Part shown: piece by piece, positions 45,763-56,375 of the stretch
How positions within the stretch are numbered: position 1 is the stretch's first letter
Layout: each line of letters opens with the position of its first letter
DNA from: a plasmid
Length of the DNA stretch: 64,000 nucleotides
Strand: one strand, 5' to 3'
Sequence record: NZ_CP012903.1
The notes under the pieces: model-generated
Databases searched by the model: none
Seen by the model: only the letters and a program-made list of their open reading frames with translations
Told to the model about the DNA's origin: nothing
Position numbers and translations under genes: made by a program

Positions 45763-46069
45763 CCAACTGCCAGTGTATCCTGTCTGGCCCTCAATTGGCG
45801 GGGCTTCTTCCCCTGACTCTGGGGTATTGAATACTCCCTCTTTGCTATTTGGAATACCTTTGCCTTAACTTACGGTATTCAAATCCGTGGTTATTTACCT
45901 GATTGTTGGAATTACCGGGCTTCGGCCTTCCTCTGAATAGTCATAGAATAGTTTCCCAGCTGGTGGGGTTATCGAATCCACCATGACGTCCACGGTCAGT
46001 GTAAACGAACTGGCAGACATACGTGCCAAAGTAAAGGTATTGCTCAGATAACGTTTCTATGGGGGTTGT

Positions 46070-46384
46070 ATGGAGTTTTCTCACTACTATTGGGCTATCT
46101 GCGGTAACTGCGATGGCGAAGGCAAAACGGGCCATGAGGCGTTTGCTAATGGCATTACGGCAAGCGAGTGGAATGAATGGGATCTTGAAGACCGTCAGAA
46201 CTACATGGATGGTCGGTTTGATGTCACTTGTAGCGCCTGTAAAGGCCGTGGGTCTGTTAAATTGCCGGACGTGTCCCGTATGAACTTTGCGGAGAAACGT
46301 AAGCTTGTGGAACTGCGTAGAGATGCGCGTATTGAAAATGAGCTGAGAAGAGAACAAGCCTATGAACGTTCTATGGGCGCTTAA
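46070..46384 (+). CDS. Small protein with two DnaJ-type CxxCxGxG zinc-finger motifs (104 aa)
   Basis: CGNCDGEGK and CSACKGRGS. Confidence 0.45.
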   Translation: MEFSHYYWAICGNCDGEGKTGHEAFANGITASEWNEWDLEDRQNYMDGRFDVTCSACKGRGSVKLPDVSRMNFAEKRKLVELRRDARIENELRREQAYERSMGA

Positions 46385-46573
46385 CGAAAAAGTGTTATTG
46401 AAGCTGTTAGAATACGCATAATACTCAAAGGGCGTACATCACTTTATGTTCGCCCCCTCGGTATCTACCCCACTCCCTCCCCCTCATCTTGATGGTTTTC
46501 CTTAGACTTCGACACTCCCGAAAGCGTGAGATAATTGTTTTATCAAACAGTAGCTCACAGTACGGGGTAAAGC

Positions 46574-46864
46574 ATGTTCACTATCAGCAAAACGACTCAC
46601 AATATGGCAAAAAGCCGGGGTATCGATCTGACCTTTTCCGAAGGCATCGGGCATGATGATGGGACATTGCTGTGCTTCTGGGAACTTGAAGAGGAAAGTG
46701 AGTGGCTATTCAGCTATCAGGTGTCAGGCCACCAGCTTGAGTGGCACGGCAACATCTACGCCTCTGACAGTATTGTGGCTGGCCTTCCCCCGGTGATCGC
46801 TGATGATGCGGCCCTGCGTGCTGTAGTGCGACAACTTGCCGTTATGATGCAGAAAGAAAAGTAA
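46574..46864 (+). CDS. Acidic hypothetical protein (96 aa)
   Basis: Preceded by promoter motif copy TCGACA-N15-GATAAT at 46509-46535. Confidence 0.4.
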   Translation: MFTISKTTHNMAKSRGIDLTFSEGIGHDDGTLLCFWELEEESEWLFSYQVSGHQLEWHGNIYASDSIVAGLPPVIADDAALRAVVRQLAVMMQKEK

Positions 46865-47143
46865 AGTGTATCCCCAGCGTGTCATTGTTGCGGGGTTAGA
46901 AAAACAGTTTTTATTCATTGAGATCGCTTTCATTTTTGATAGCGGTCTTTTTTTTTCTATCGCCATTTTCGTTTTTTTCTTCATCAAATCTGCCTGTTGA
47001 GCTCGTCGTTTCTGGGATTGAAAAAAAAGTGAATAAAAAACGTTTTTTTTCAGTTTTGCTATTCGACCTCTGTCGGCAGCGTGGTTTACTAGAACTACAG
47101 CAACACACACAAAACATTTTTTAACCGCATCGGAGGCAAGACA

Positions 47144-48205
47144 ATGAGCGACATCAACGTACAGGAAATTTTTGCTAAATCTCAGGACAACTCAGCTTTG
47201 GGTGAGCTGGCAGTAAAAATGGCGGAAATGGAAAAAAAACCTACTTCACTTCGTCAGATCAGCGATTTGTTGGCGAAGGTGAAAAAGGAAAATTCTACCG
47301 TTCTGTTTGATGAGGCCAATGTGGGACGTAACAACGGGTACAACGTTTCTCCAGCATGGCTGTATGTTGAAGTCGGTTTTAACCTGCGCAACCTCAATCT
47401 TGAGCAGGTGGAAATGTTCAAAGGGATGTGGATGCGTGGGGATCGAATCCCACCAATCTTGGTTAAAGCCGTTATTCTTAATGGCGTGACGCGACTCAAG
47501 ATCATTGACGGGCACCACCGTTTTGCTGGCCTGATGGCTGCTATTCAAGCTGGTGCTAAGATTGCTTCCCTGCCGATTGAAGAATACACCGGTAACTCTG
47601 CTGGTGAAGTGTTTGAGATGCTCAAGAGCGCTCAGGGGCTGGCTTTGAAACCTATCGAACGTGCCGAAGGTTTCCGTCGTCTTCGTGGCTGGAATCTCTC
47701 CGTTGAAGAAATAGCGGCGGGCTCAGGTAATAACATCCAGACCGTTCGCCGCTCTCTAATTCTGGTTGAGGCAGAGGAAAACGTTAAGGAGTTGGTTCGC
47801 GAGGACAAAGTTTCAGCTGACGTCGCTATCAACCTGCTGGTGGAGTGCAAGGGCACTGAGCGTAACGTTTACGAAGAGCTGATGGCCTCTCTGGGTGAAG
47901 CGAAGAAAGCAGGTAAGGACAAGGTTACGGCGCGTTTTGTGAAGTCTAAAAAAGTCACTGTGAAACCAAAGGCTATCCGTGAAACCTTCACCTCTTTGCT
48001 GCCAGCCAGCAATCAAATCCGTTTGCAGATCGAACGTGTGAAAACGGAAGAGACGAAAGACCCGGATGATGTGAGCATTAATATCCCGGCTGATGCTGCC
48101 CGAATGCTGCTGGCTATCCTTGAGCAGTATGAAGCAAATCAGAAAACTGATGCTGATGCTGATACTGGCGAAGATAACACAGCCACCGAATCAGGAGCAG
48201 CTTGA
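47144..48205 (+). CDS. ParB/Srx-like nuclease domain protein (353 aa)
   Basis: ...LKIIDGHHRFAGL... matches a ParB N-terminal nuclease motif. Typical of plasmid establishment/leading regions. Confidence 0.6.
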   Translation: MSDINVQEIFAKSQDNSALGELAVKMAEMEKKPTSLRQISDLLAKVKKENSTVLFDEANVGRNNGYNVSPAWLYVEVGFNLRNLNLEQVEMFKGMWMRGDRIPPILVKAVILNGVTRLKIIDGHHRFAGLMAAIQAGAKIASLPIEEYTGNSAGEVFEMLKSAQGLALKPIERAEGFRRLRGWNLSVEEIAAGSGNNIQTVRRSLILVEAEENVKELVREDKVSADVAINLLVECKGTERNVYEELMASLGEAKKAGKDKVTARFVKSKKVTVKPKAIRETFTSLLPASNQIRLQIERVKTEETKDPDDVSINIPADAARMLLAILEQYEANQKTDADADTGEDNTATESGAA

Positions 48206-48308
48206 ATCCCTATCCCCTCCCCCCTTGCTGCCTAACAGGTAGGAGGGGGTATTTGTCATCGCGTATAAAGTTTCACCGACTCACTAACTGACAACAAAGG
48301 ATGCAGCA

Positions 48309-48638
48309 ATGGATATTCAGGAAAGACAAATTGTTGAACACCGGATTGTAGAAACTGCGGCTCAGGGGCTGGTGGATGCTGGATTCGGTATCGCCGTTTA
48401 TGACGGTGAAGAACTGGTAACGGAGGTAACACACGACGTTAGCAGCATCATGGAAGCAATGTTCTCTACTGATGAAGAGTTTATTTACGCCTACGACAGT
48501 AATGGTAAGCATGTAGGCTGGGTACATCTCGTTTACGGCAATAGTGGCTGGGACGTTATCTCTGATAACACCAATAACCTTGAAGATGCCCTGATCGCGG
48601 CAACCGAATTGGCTGAGGAAATAGCAGACCAGTCGTAG
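48309..48638 (+). CDS. Highly acidic hypothetical protein (109 aa)
   Basis: Asp/Glu-rich. A candidate DNA mimic by composition only. Confidence 0.35.
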   Translation: MDIQERQIVEHRIVETAAQGLVDAGFGIAVYDGEELVTEVTHDVSSIMEAMFSTDEEFIYAYDSNGKHVGWVHLVYGNSGWDVISDNTNNLEDALIAATELAEEIADQS

Positions 48639-48758
48639 TACCCCTTTGGTAGTACCCCTTTAAATGAGGCTGTATCGCCCGGTACGGCCTCACCCACCAG
48701 CCAGATATTCGACCTTGCCCTACCCTGTGTTAACTCTGTATGCAGCGAATTTGACGTT

Positions 48759-49217
48759 ATGTATGGGTTAATCATGAATGGTTTCCTCGGGCAATCTCTT
48801 GTCCTCATTTTTACAGGCGCGGGTCTAATGCTCTGCTGCGTTATCCCTTCGGTACTTCTGACGTTAAGGCAGATATTGAATGCAGACAGTCACGCGCTCA
48901 GCGCGTCGGTCAGTGAGCCTGCGGTGGTACTGTACTCTGCTGGAGTGACGAACCTAAAACTGTTTTTCGTCTATGCGGTGGTGTGCCCTGTGTACCCGGA
49001 ACTTTCGGGCCTTGTGCTAGTGGTCGTATCAGGGATGGCCATCATTACCAACGCGATACATTCTGTATGGAAATGCCGCCTCATCATCCGGCTCATTGAG
49101 AGCGGGCTTATCCAGCAAAGCGCTCCCCACCATCGTCGTTACGCCAAGAAGCTGACAAGGCAACACGACAACCTTCGTTGCCTCGCGGCCCTGTTCTGGC
49201 TAATGAAAAATAAATGA
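48759..49217 (+). CDS. Membrane protein (152 aa)
   Basis: Multiple hydrophobic helices. Confidence 0.4.
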   Translation: MYGLIMNGFLGQSLVLIFTGAGLMLCCVIPSVLLTLRQILNADSHALSASVSEPAVVLYSAGVTNLKLFFVYAVVCPVYPELSGLVLVVVSGMAIITNAIHSVWKCRLIIRLIESGLIQQSAPHHRRYAKKLTRQHDNLRCLAALFWLMKNK

Positions 49218-49311
49218 CCCGGTGTGAGATTTTTTACCCCCGGATGACTTCGGCCTCCCCGGAACGGGTGTTTTAATAGTTTTATTAAACGACAAATTGA
49301 GAGGCAAAAAG

Positions 49312-49830
49312 ATGTCTGCATTAACTCCATTACAAGCGCTGGATGTGATGATCGACTGGCTAAACGTTAACGTTGATCAGGGCACCGATATCATTTTTGA
49401 TAACGATGAAGATAACTCTGACTCTGCGGCTGTCCTTCCTCCGTTGCAGGTACTGAGGAAAGCATTCAAGCCCGGAGAAGGCGAAGCTAAGTCTAAATCT
49501 GAAAGCGATACGCAAAACGATTTTGAGAAGCGCAATACCAATGCAGGATTTTTACATCGCTATGTGTCTGATGATTATAAGGGCGAGGCCCATATCGTTG
49601 AGTGCGCCAGCTGCCTTGCCGTGTATCCCAGCTATGAATCCTATGAAGGAAACCAAGTCAGTGATGAATACGGCATACATTGCCCGCATTGCCACGCTAA
49701 AGACCCGGATGTGTGTACCAACGTCGGGTTGGCGTGGAACGTGCAACAAAAGCGCATTAATAATCTGGAAGCGCAACTTCAATTCCTGCGGGAAACTTAC
49801 GGGCTGCAACATAATTTCAATCAGGACTAA
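49312..49830 (+). CDS. Hypothetical protein with C-terminal zinc-ribbon (CASC...CPHCH) (172 aa)
   Basis: GAGAGG RBS; an internal start of ORF 49297... Confidence 0.4.
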   Translation: MSALTPLQALDVMIDWLNVNVDQGTDIIFDNDEDNSDSAAVLPPLQVLRKAFKPGEGEAKSKSESDTQNDFEKRNTNAGFLHRYVSDDYKGEAHIVECASCLAVYPSYESYEGNQVSDEYGIHCPHCHAKDPDVCTNVGLAWNVQQKRINNLEAQLQFLRETYGLQHNFNQD

Positions 49831-49894
49831 AAAAGTCCTATGGCTGGTGGCCTGAACCACTCCACCAGCCTGTCATGTTAATCGGGGGGTAAAC

Positions 49895-50068
49895 ATGAAA
49901 CCATTTGGTCAATCCTATTCTGTTAATGGCTGTACCTGTCATAAGTGCCGTCGTCGCGGATACCGAAAAGGCAATGCCTACGGTGATGTCATGCGGGCAG
50001 ACAAGCATCGTGCTCGTCAGCTGGCTAAAAAAGAAATCCAGAGGCTTATCCGTGAAACAGCTGAGTAA
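49895..50068 (+). CDS. Small basic Cys-containing protein (57 aa), not in the ORF track
   Basis: GGGGGG RBS. MKPFGQSYSVNGCTCHKCRRRGYRKGNAYGDVMRADKHRARQLAKKEIQRLIRETAE. Confidence 0.35.
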   Translation: MKPFGQSYSVNGCTCHKCRRRGYRKGNAYGDVMRADKHRARQLAKKEIQRLIRETAE

Positions 50069-50335
50069 CGCGCAAATTTACACGCTGCGTCGTCTATCCA
50101 GTGGGGCGTCGTACAAGCTAAGGGGTGACGGTAAGAAGGCTTTAGAGTGTAGGCCATGTATCAGAACCCGGTTCGGAACAAATGACATCTCCGCGCCGTC
50201 TATCCCTGTGCTTTTGCGTCTCGGGCTGGTGGCATACGCCTGCGAGGGGGAGAAAAGCCGAACCACCTTTTACCCAGTTAAACTAACTGATGCCGGGGAA
50301 TCAGCGGCAAAAACAATGCAGATAAGGGATTAAGC

Positions 50336-50758
50336 ATGAAAAAACATATCAAGGAATGGTCATTTGTTCTCAGTGTTGTCATGCTCATTGCAACTGCATT
50401 CATCTTTCTGAGTACCACAAACGATAAGTTGGCAAGCGATCCTGATTACTTCAATATCCTGTCGTTAACGGATAATGAAGATTATCAGCCGCAAGGTATT
50501 CGGGAGGAAGTTGCACGTATTCCTCAGACGAGTCAGGTCGCTATTGTCGGTTATGAAAAGCAGATCGATATGCCGACTCGGACGTTAGTCATGTTCAATG
50601 GCGAACCAATGTTTCTCAAACGTGTTTTGACTAAAGAGGATACTGCTAACGAATTGGATTTTGTGCTAATGGCTGATAACAGTGTGTTTATCTGCCTGCA
50701 TGAGCGCATTGATAAATGCTGGCCTGCTGATAGTCTGTCAGCAACACCGGAGAACTAA
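50336..50758 (+). CDS. Membrane-anchored/secreted hypothetical protein (140 aa)
   Basis: N-terminal TM/signal segment. Confidence 0.4.
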   Translation: MKKHIKEWSFVLSVVMLIATAFIFLSTTNDKLASDPDYFNILSLTDNEDYQPQGIREEVARIPQTSQVAIVGYEKQIDMPTRTLVMFNGEPMFLKRVLTKEDTANELDFVLMADNSVFICLHERIDKCWPADSLSATPEN

Positions 50759-50761
50759 TTC

Positions 50762-51505
50762 ATGAGTATCCATCAGGCTATTGCCAGCAACATCAGGCAG
50801 TACAGAACAATCCCGAAAGGCAGCTTCCTCTGGCTCGATGTGCCCGGCGCGGATGATTTGCTTGATAGCCGGGAGGTGAAGAGCATCCCTGCCCTGCTTG
50901 AGCGCTATGGGCCGCTTAACGAGGTGATCGTTCACCTTGATACCCCGGAAGGCGACTTTGAAGATGAGTTTCACTTCGATGTTACCGACCTCAAAATGCC
51001 ACCAGCTGTACCAGTGAAAAGCAATGGTGCGAGAGAGGCGCGGGACGCAGTAATAGCGAACTTCGGGCAAAAGAGAATTGAGCATGTAGAGTCGCTGGTG
51101 GAGTTTTACGCCGGGCACCTGCTGTCGCGATTTCGCAAGAGTCATCAGTACACTGGCCCGGCCCCGAAAATCAGGACGCGCTGGCACACAAAAACTTCAT
51201 GGGGGAGTCGTAACCGGATAACTATTTCGCCGGGGTATCTGTATCGCCCTGAGTCCAACTACTTCGGATACACCTTCTGGGAGTACCAGCACGTCCGCCA
51301 ATCCCCCTTAATAGGCTGTTTCTTTTCGCTGAACCGCCTGAATCATGTCAAAGCGCTGGTGGCTCATGAGCTGGCGCACTTCCTGCAATTCAACTCAAGG
51401 TATGCCGTATTGCCTGAGTTGGACTATGCTACAGCCCACGGCGAGGGATGGCAGTATATCTACAGCATTACCCGCGCCGATCTTAACCGGTACATCAATA
51501 ACTAA
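50762..51505 (+). CDS. Putative zinc metallopeptidase (HExxH: VAHELAHFLQ), SprT/WLM-like (247 aa)
   Basis: Single HExxH motif near the C-terminal third. Confidence 0.4.
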   Translation: MSIHQAIASNIRQYRTIPKGSFLWLDVPGADDLLDSREVKSIPALLERYGPLNEVIVHLDTPEGDFEDEFHFDVTDLKMPPAVPVKSNGAREARDAVIANFGQKRIEHVESLVEFYAGHLLSRFRKSHQYTGPAPKIRTRWHTKTSWGSRNRITISPGYLYRPESNYFGYTFWEYQHVRQSPLIGCFFSLNRLNHVKALVAHELAHFLQFNSRYAVLPELDYATAHGEGWQYIYSITRADLNRYINN

Positions 51506-51627
51506 CTTGGACAAAAATATTCGTTTTTTAGAGAGTTTATAAAAAGCAACGGAGGCGATTTTGTCCTGACGAACGTAGAGTTATTATGATAACTACGTCT
51601 AACAGAAAATCGAGAAAGGTTAAGGCA

Positions 51628-51909
51628 ATGAAAGTAAAAGAACTTATTAAGTTATTGCAAGATTATGATCAGGATTCAGAGGTTGTTATCGCCGGGTATG
51701 AAACCATATGTTCGGCATACGTTGCAGAAGCTGATCTGGTGAAAGCATGTAAAACTGTACAGCGTCGTTCTCCTGACAGCTTAGATGGAAACAAAGAGTT
51801 GACCAATGAAGGGGATCCATCTGTCTGGATAGGATGGAGTGGCGACTACAGAACACCGCAACAACTTGCTGCTATTGAAGACCCGGATGAAATGAAGGAT
51901 CAGCCATGA
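51628..51909 (+). CDS. Hypothetical protein (93 aa)
   Basis: AAGG RBS and internal ATG. Confidence 0.35.
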   Translation: MKVKELIKLLQDYDQDSEVVIAGYETICSAYVAEADLVKACKTVQRRSPDSLDGNKELTNEGDPSVWIGWSGDYRTPQQLAAIEDPDEMKDQP

Positions 51910-51983
51910 CTGACTATGCCGTAATTGACGCGATGATTTATCCTGTAATGAAAACAACCGTAACTAACTGATTTAAAGTAGTT

Positions 51984-52020
51984 AATCTATCGGATTTCAT
52001 CGTGAAATCCTGTAAATTTC
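51984..52020. promoter_or_regulatory. parS-like centromere repeat copy 1 (GATTTCAT-CG-TGAAATC palindrome plus ATTTCAC box)
   Basis: Heptad boxes ATTTCA(T/C) in inverted and direct orientation. About 80 bp match the region downstream of parB. Confidence 0.5.
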
Positions 52021-52107
52021 ACCTGTTATTCCCTCTGAAACGCTTCGGCCCCCTTCGTTGACATGTTAGCCTTTCTGTACTTTACAGACGATGGGGGGAA
52101 GCCTGTC

Positions 52108-52485
52108 ATGGCAATGAATAAGAGAGAGAAAGAAGCGTTTGAAGAAGCCCGGAGCTATCGCGCCCTGCGCTTCACTGACCATCCTACTTCTAAGGATCTG
52201 GCACCGGGAAGCGAGTTGATAACTGGGTACGATTACAGAAAACCATCTTTTACTGAAAGCATGATTTCGATTAAAACAGCATGGTCTACCCGGTCAAAGC
52301 ATGGCGAGGGCAAAGCCCCACCACCAGCGAACACGTTTGGTGGCGTGTCTCGTGATGGTATCTCTCTATACTCCAGCCGTAAGCGTGCTCTGGGTGCATT
52401 GCGCCGTGAGCTTGAAAGGGAGTTCGCCAGAATACTCATGAAAATTGATGATGAGATCGCAGCAGAAGAAGCAAAAGAAGGATAA
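52108..52485 (+). CDS. Hypothetical protein (125 aa)
   Basis: GGGGGG RBS. Confidence 0.35.
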   Translation: MAMNKREKEAFEEARSYRALRFTDHPTSKDLAPGSELITGYDYRKPSFTESMISIKTAWSTRSKHGEGKAPPPANTFGGVSRDGISLYSSRKRALGALRRELEREFARILMKIDDEIAAEEAKEG

Positions 52486-52490
52486 GAGTA

Positions 52491-52784
52491 ATGACAACGC
52501 CTAACGCCCCAATAATCTCGACCGATAATACCTCTACCCTGCCCTCTGTGCGCCGGATGGTGCCGCGCCATACCGGGAAACTCGTTCGTATCACCAGAAC
52601 TACCCGGCTAAGCAGCGCTCATCTCGGTAACTGTGAGATTTGCGATCAGCATATGACGGAAGCTTTTCATTCCCGCGTAGGGAGGGAAATGGTACGCGCC
52701 AATGGTACTGTCTACATTGAGCATACCTACGGCGGGGTTTATGCACATGAATCCTGCATAGCAAAAGCAGCAGAAAACGACTGA
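52491..52784 (+). CDS. Hypothetical protein (97 aa)
   Basis: ORF only. Confidence 0.35.
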   Translation: MTTPNAPIISTDNTSTLPSVRRMVPRHTGKLVRITRTTRLSSAHLGNCEICDQHMTEAFHSRVGREMVRANGTVYIEHTYGGVYAHESCIAKAAEND

Positions 52785-52820
52785 CATTTACTTGGTTTTA
52801 AAATTGGAGAAGGAAAACAC

Positions 52821-53186
52821 ATGTTCGACAACCTTATTGATAATATGAAATTTTACACCGCAACAATCTTCTCGATTGTTATCTGGGGGGCTGCTATTGC
52901 TCTGTTCGTCTACTATCACATGAGCAGACACTCATTTTTAAATGATTTTTTATCTCCAGCAGTCGTTAACACAGTAACAGCAGCGTTAGCCTATATTGGG
53001 TTACTTCCCCTTCTCAACTATGCGGCTGACAAAGAACAGTTCGGCTCTGTTGTCGGGGCTGCGCGTCAAATGAGTATGTTCTCTGAACGTCCTTGGTATG
53101 GGGAGGGAAGTTATCAATTCCTTATCTTTCTCGTGATAATCCTGAGTGGTTTCATCATTGCATGGGTTAATCGCCGTCGTTACTAA
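52821..53186 (+). CDS. Membrane protein (121 aa)
   Basis: Three predicted TM helices. Confidence 0.4.
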   Translation: MFDNLIDNMKFYTATIFSIVIWGAAIALFVYYHMSRHSFLNDFLSPAVVNTVTAALAYIGLLPLLNYAADKEQFGSVVGAARQMSMFSERPWYGEGSYQFLIFLVIILSGFIIAWVNRRRY

Positions 53187-53573
53187 GAAAAACACCCGTC
53201 AGAAATAAATGCAAAAACAGGGCAAAGCGTTCTGTTTTTTTTTGCCTTTTAAAAGCGAGATTGTGTCATTCCGAAAGTGCGTAGCAATGTCGTGATAACG
53301 ATGTTCTCATAGCCGAGGTGATAACCTTCGGCATGGGACAACGACACGCGTCCACGACGCTGATCGTTCAGGGTAATGGGAACAAAAACATTACCCTTTT
53401 ATTTTTCTTTTGACCTGCGCCAAGTGGCGAGGTCGGATGTTTCCCGGTCGGGGGGTTTAATTTTCGGGGAAAAGGTTGACGCGACCGCCACCCCTTTAGG
53501 GTTCCAAGAATCATTGCGATGAGTCTTTTATCGTTTAGCGTCTTCGACCCGTTATCAACGGATGCCATAATCA

Positions 53574-54269
53574 ATGACTCAAATTCAGAACAAATGTAAG
53601 GATGGGGAAATGGGCAACCATACGTTTTTAATGGCTTCGCTGCGAGACACCGTGGGCAGCAATATGTCGTTTCATTGTGTTGATGGCGCAGGTTACACAA
53701 CTAATATTGATAAAGCGCACACGTTCACGAAGGAAGAGGCGCAGAAGTATTGGGATCATGCCCGCTCGTTTGATTTACCCGTATCCCTGCACTGTATAAG
53801 CGCCCTTTCTGTTTATCACGTTGATTGCCAGAACGTCCCGGCTGAAACAATGCTGGTGGAAGGATGCGAGCAATATGTTGGCTTTAAAAAATCCCGCTGG
53901 GATGGTAATGACCTGTACTGGTTGTGTGCTGATGGTGCCCCAGTAACAGACTTTGAACGCGCCAAAATCTACAGTAAGCCTGACCTGAGCCGCGATGATA
54001 CTATCTGGCTACCCTTTACCGTTGCAGATGTCGTTAAGCGCCGGACGTTTGCGGTGGATGCCCTTAACCGCCGGACGATGATTCAGTCTAAAGGGTTGGT
54101 TATGCCGGGGTGGTTAAAGCGTGAGAATCGCCGCAAAGCGAATTTCACGGGTAAGGTTCGATGGAACTGTCCGGGATGTGGCAAAATCCACTGGCAATTA
54201 AATCCCTATGATTTCGACGGATGCGCTCACTGGGATTGTCCTGAATACGTTCGTCGCTTTGAAGACTGA
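53574..54269 (+). CDS. Hypothetical Cys-rich protein (231 aa)
   Basis: Preceded by TCGACC-N16-CATAAT at 53544-53571. Confidence 0.4.
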   Translation: MTQIQNKCKDGEMGNHTFLMASLRDTVGSNMSFHCVDGAGYTTNIDKAHTFTKEEAQKYWDHARSFDLPVSLHCISALSVYHVDCQNVPAETMLVEGCEQYVGFKKSRWDGNDLYWLCADGAPVTDFERAKIYSKPDLSRDDTIWLPFTVADVVKRRTFAVDALNRRTMIQSKGLVMPGWLKRENRRKANFTGKVRWNCPGCGKIHWQLNPYDFDGCAHWDCPEYVRRFED

Positions 54270-54366
54270 ACTTTAACTTTCTGTTTATGACCCCTTCACC
54301 TGTTCGACCCCCTTACTTCGGATGAGATAATCTGTTGTAACAGAACAAGCAGAGAAGGAAGGGTGA

Positions 54367-54792
54367 ATGAACGAGAAAATAGAGATAGGCAGTCTGGTCT
54401 TTTGTTACCTGAGAGAGCGTTATGTTGGCCGTTGCTATGGCCTGAAAACAGTTGTAGAGATAGTTCAGGAAAATGGGCTTGATATGTACCGGGTGACGCG
54501 GGCTGACTGTGATGATGAGTGGTATCCCGCCAATAATCTTGTGCTTGCTCAATTCCCACCAGCAGGGACAGAAACAAAATTTAAAGTTGGGGATCACGTC
54601 CATTGCTTCGGCACATACCAGAATCATTACACGACGGCGCATATCGAGCACATCCTGTGGTCAGATGATGGTAAGCCTGAATACTACATTACCCCGACAG
54701 ATACGCCGTGGTGTCCTGTGCGTGAGGATGCAATGAAACTCGTCGTTGAGATGTTTGTCGCTGATCCAGATTTGCCTGTCATGGTTTTTTAA
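54367..54792 (+). CDS. Hypothetical protein (141 aa)
   Basis: Preceded by promoter motif copy 5. Confidence 0.4.
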   Translation: MNEKIEIGSLVFCYLRERYVGRCYGLKTVVEIVQENGLDMYRVTRADCDDEWYPANNLVLAQFPPAGTETKFKVGDHVHCFGTYQNHYTTAHIEHILWSDDGKPEYYITPTDTPWCPVREDAMKLVVEMFVADPDLPVMVF

Positions 54793-54866
54793 CCCCCTTC
54801 TCTATTCGACCCCCTTTACCCCCGTGAGATAATTCATCTCAGATAAAACAGACATCTCCGGGGGGA

Positions 54867-55145
54867 ATGATGGTTACGCCAGAACAGCATTACGAATTTC
54901 TAAAACAGCACTACCGCGCCTCACGCTTTGAAGAGCGCAACAATAGTTCGTGGGGAACAGCCTACTCTCAGCATATAGCTGACTATCGGTACGAAGAGTT
55001 ACAGACGGTCGGCTACAGCCTTATCAGTAGTCACGAATCAGCGACCGGTGATGCGATTATCTACGATGCAGAGCTAAACAAGCTCGATACAATCCCCGGC
55101 GAAAAAAAGAGTTACACCACTCAGGAGCACATCAGCAATGACTAA
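54867..55145 (+). CDS. Hypothetical protein (92 aa)
   Basis: Preceded by promoter motif copy 6. Confidence 0.4.
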   Translation: MMVTPEQHYEFLKQHYRASRFEERNNSSWGTAYSQHIADYRYEELQTVGYSLISSHESATGDAIIYDAELNKLDTIPGEKKSYTTQEHISND

Positions 55146-55653
55146 CACCATCCGCCTGAATTATCCTCAGCACGTTGTATCCCTGACAATGCTGGAGGCT
55201 ATCGAGGTACTTAAATCCGGGCCTTTTGGTGTGTTCCTGACATTTAACGACCCGCGTACCGGCGCGTTAGTACAAAAGCTATTCCCGTTCTTCTACAGAC
55301 CACACAATACCTATGGGCTGAAAGGGCGCTGCTTTGTTTCTGAGTGGCTCGGGCTTCCTGTCTACATCCCTTCGGATCTGTCCTTGTTCATTGAGGGACA
55401 GCAAGACCTGAATTGCCAGACAAGATTCTTGATGCAGGAAGGCGGGTTTTTATGTGCGGGCGATTATAAGAACGAAACTTTCCGTCTGGAGTTTTTAACA
55501 AATATCCGAGTAGACACGACGTTTGACACTGACTTTCTGGAACTGCTTTCGCGCTCAGGTCACGGGCATCTTGCCACAGACGTTCCGCCCGGCAGAGCAG
55601 GGCGCGGGGAATCTGCCACTGCTAACCGCAAAAATGAATCAGTGGTGTCGTAA
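55138..55653 (+). CDS. Hypothetical protein (171 aa)
   Basis: Translationally coupled to neighbours. Confidence 0.4.
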   Translation: MTNTIRLNYPQHVVSLTMLEAIEVLKSGPFGVFLTFNDPRTGALVQKLFPFFYRPHNTYGLKGRCFVSEWLGLPVYIPSDLSLFIEGQQDLNCQTRFLMQEGGFLCAGDYKNETFRLEFLTNIRVDTTFDTDFLELLSRSGHGHLATDVPPGRAGRGESATANRKNESVVS

Positions 55654-56375
55654 TGGCTTCCACCGCGCTTGTACCTCTAAACCGACTCCAGCAGTGCGCC
55701 ATGTCTGCCATTGCCTCCATTGAAGCCCGGACAGAAGCCGGGCGTTCACTAGGCGAATATCCCTATGCAAAAGCCTTTTTCCGTGAGTTCACGGGGAAGG
55801 CGGGGATCACGTCCGCTCATGTGCGACAGGTTGACCCGGCATATAACCCCAGCTACCGGGGAGAAGCCACAAAGACCGACTACATACGGGCTATCGACAC
55901 GATAATAGAAAGCAGGGGGAAAACGTGGATCATCCCCCTGTCAAAAGCGGTTATCACTGCTATGTTCCCGGCTGTCCAGTCTGGTGAGCATCAGCGAATA
56001 AGTCATCGGGAGAAAATCGCCACTGCCCGGAGTGCCCGCCGCGAGCAAAAACAAAAACGCGAAGAAATGTCTGCGTCTGAAAATGCCCAAAGTGCGGCAT
56101 GGGTAGGTTTGCAATTTTGCCTGCCGGGGGAACATAAGGCGTGGCTGGCTCACTGGCGAGACGAATTAGAAATGGCTGGTGTCAGTGACTGGGAACTTAG
56201 AAATATGCTGGTTCGCTGGTGGGGTGCATTCTGGATTGCTTCTGCCCGTACAGACTGGCGCTGGTGCGATACCCTGTATGACCTGCTTAATGAACTGGAT
56301 TACGTGATAAGCACATCTAGCGAGCGCGACCTGTGCCTGTGTCGCTCAGCCCTTCCTCTGGCACTACCGGCATAA
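55653..56375 (+). CDS. Hypothetical protein (240 aa)
   Basis: ORF only. Confidence 0.4.
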   Translation: MASTALVPLNRLQQCAMSAIASIEARTEAGRSLGEYPYAKAFFREFTGKAGITSAHVRQVDPAYNPSYRGEATKTDYIRAIDTIIESRGKTWIIPLSKAVITAMFPAVQSGEHQRISHREKIATARSARREQKQKREEMSASENAQSAAWVGLQFCLPGEHKAWLAHWRDELEMAGVSDWELRNMLVRWWGAFWIASARTDWRWCDTLYDLLNELDYVISTSSERDLCLCRSALPLALPA

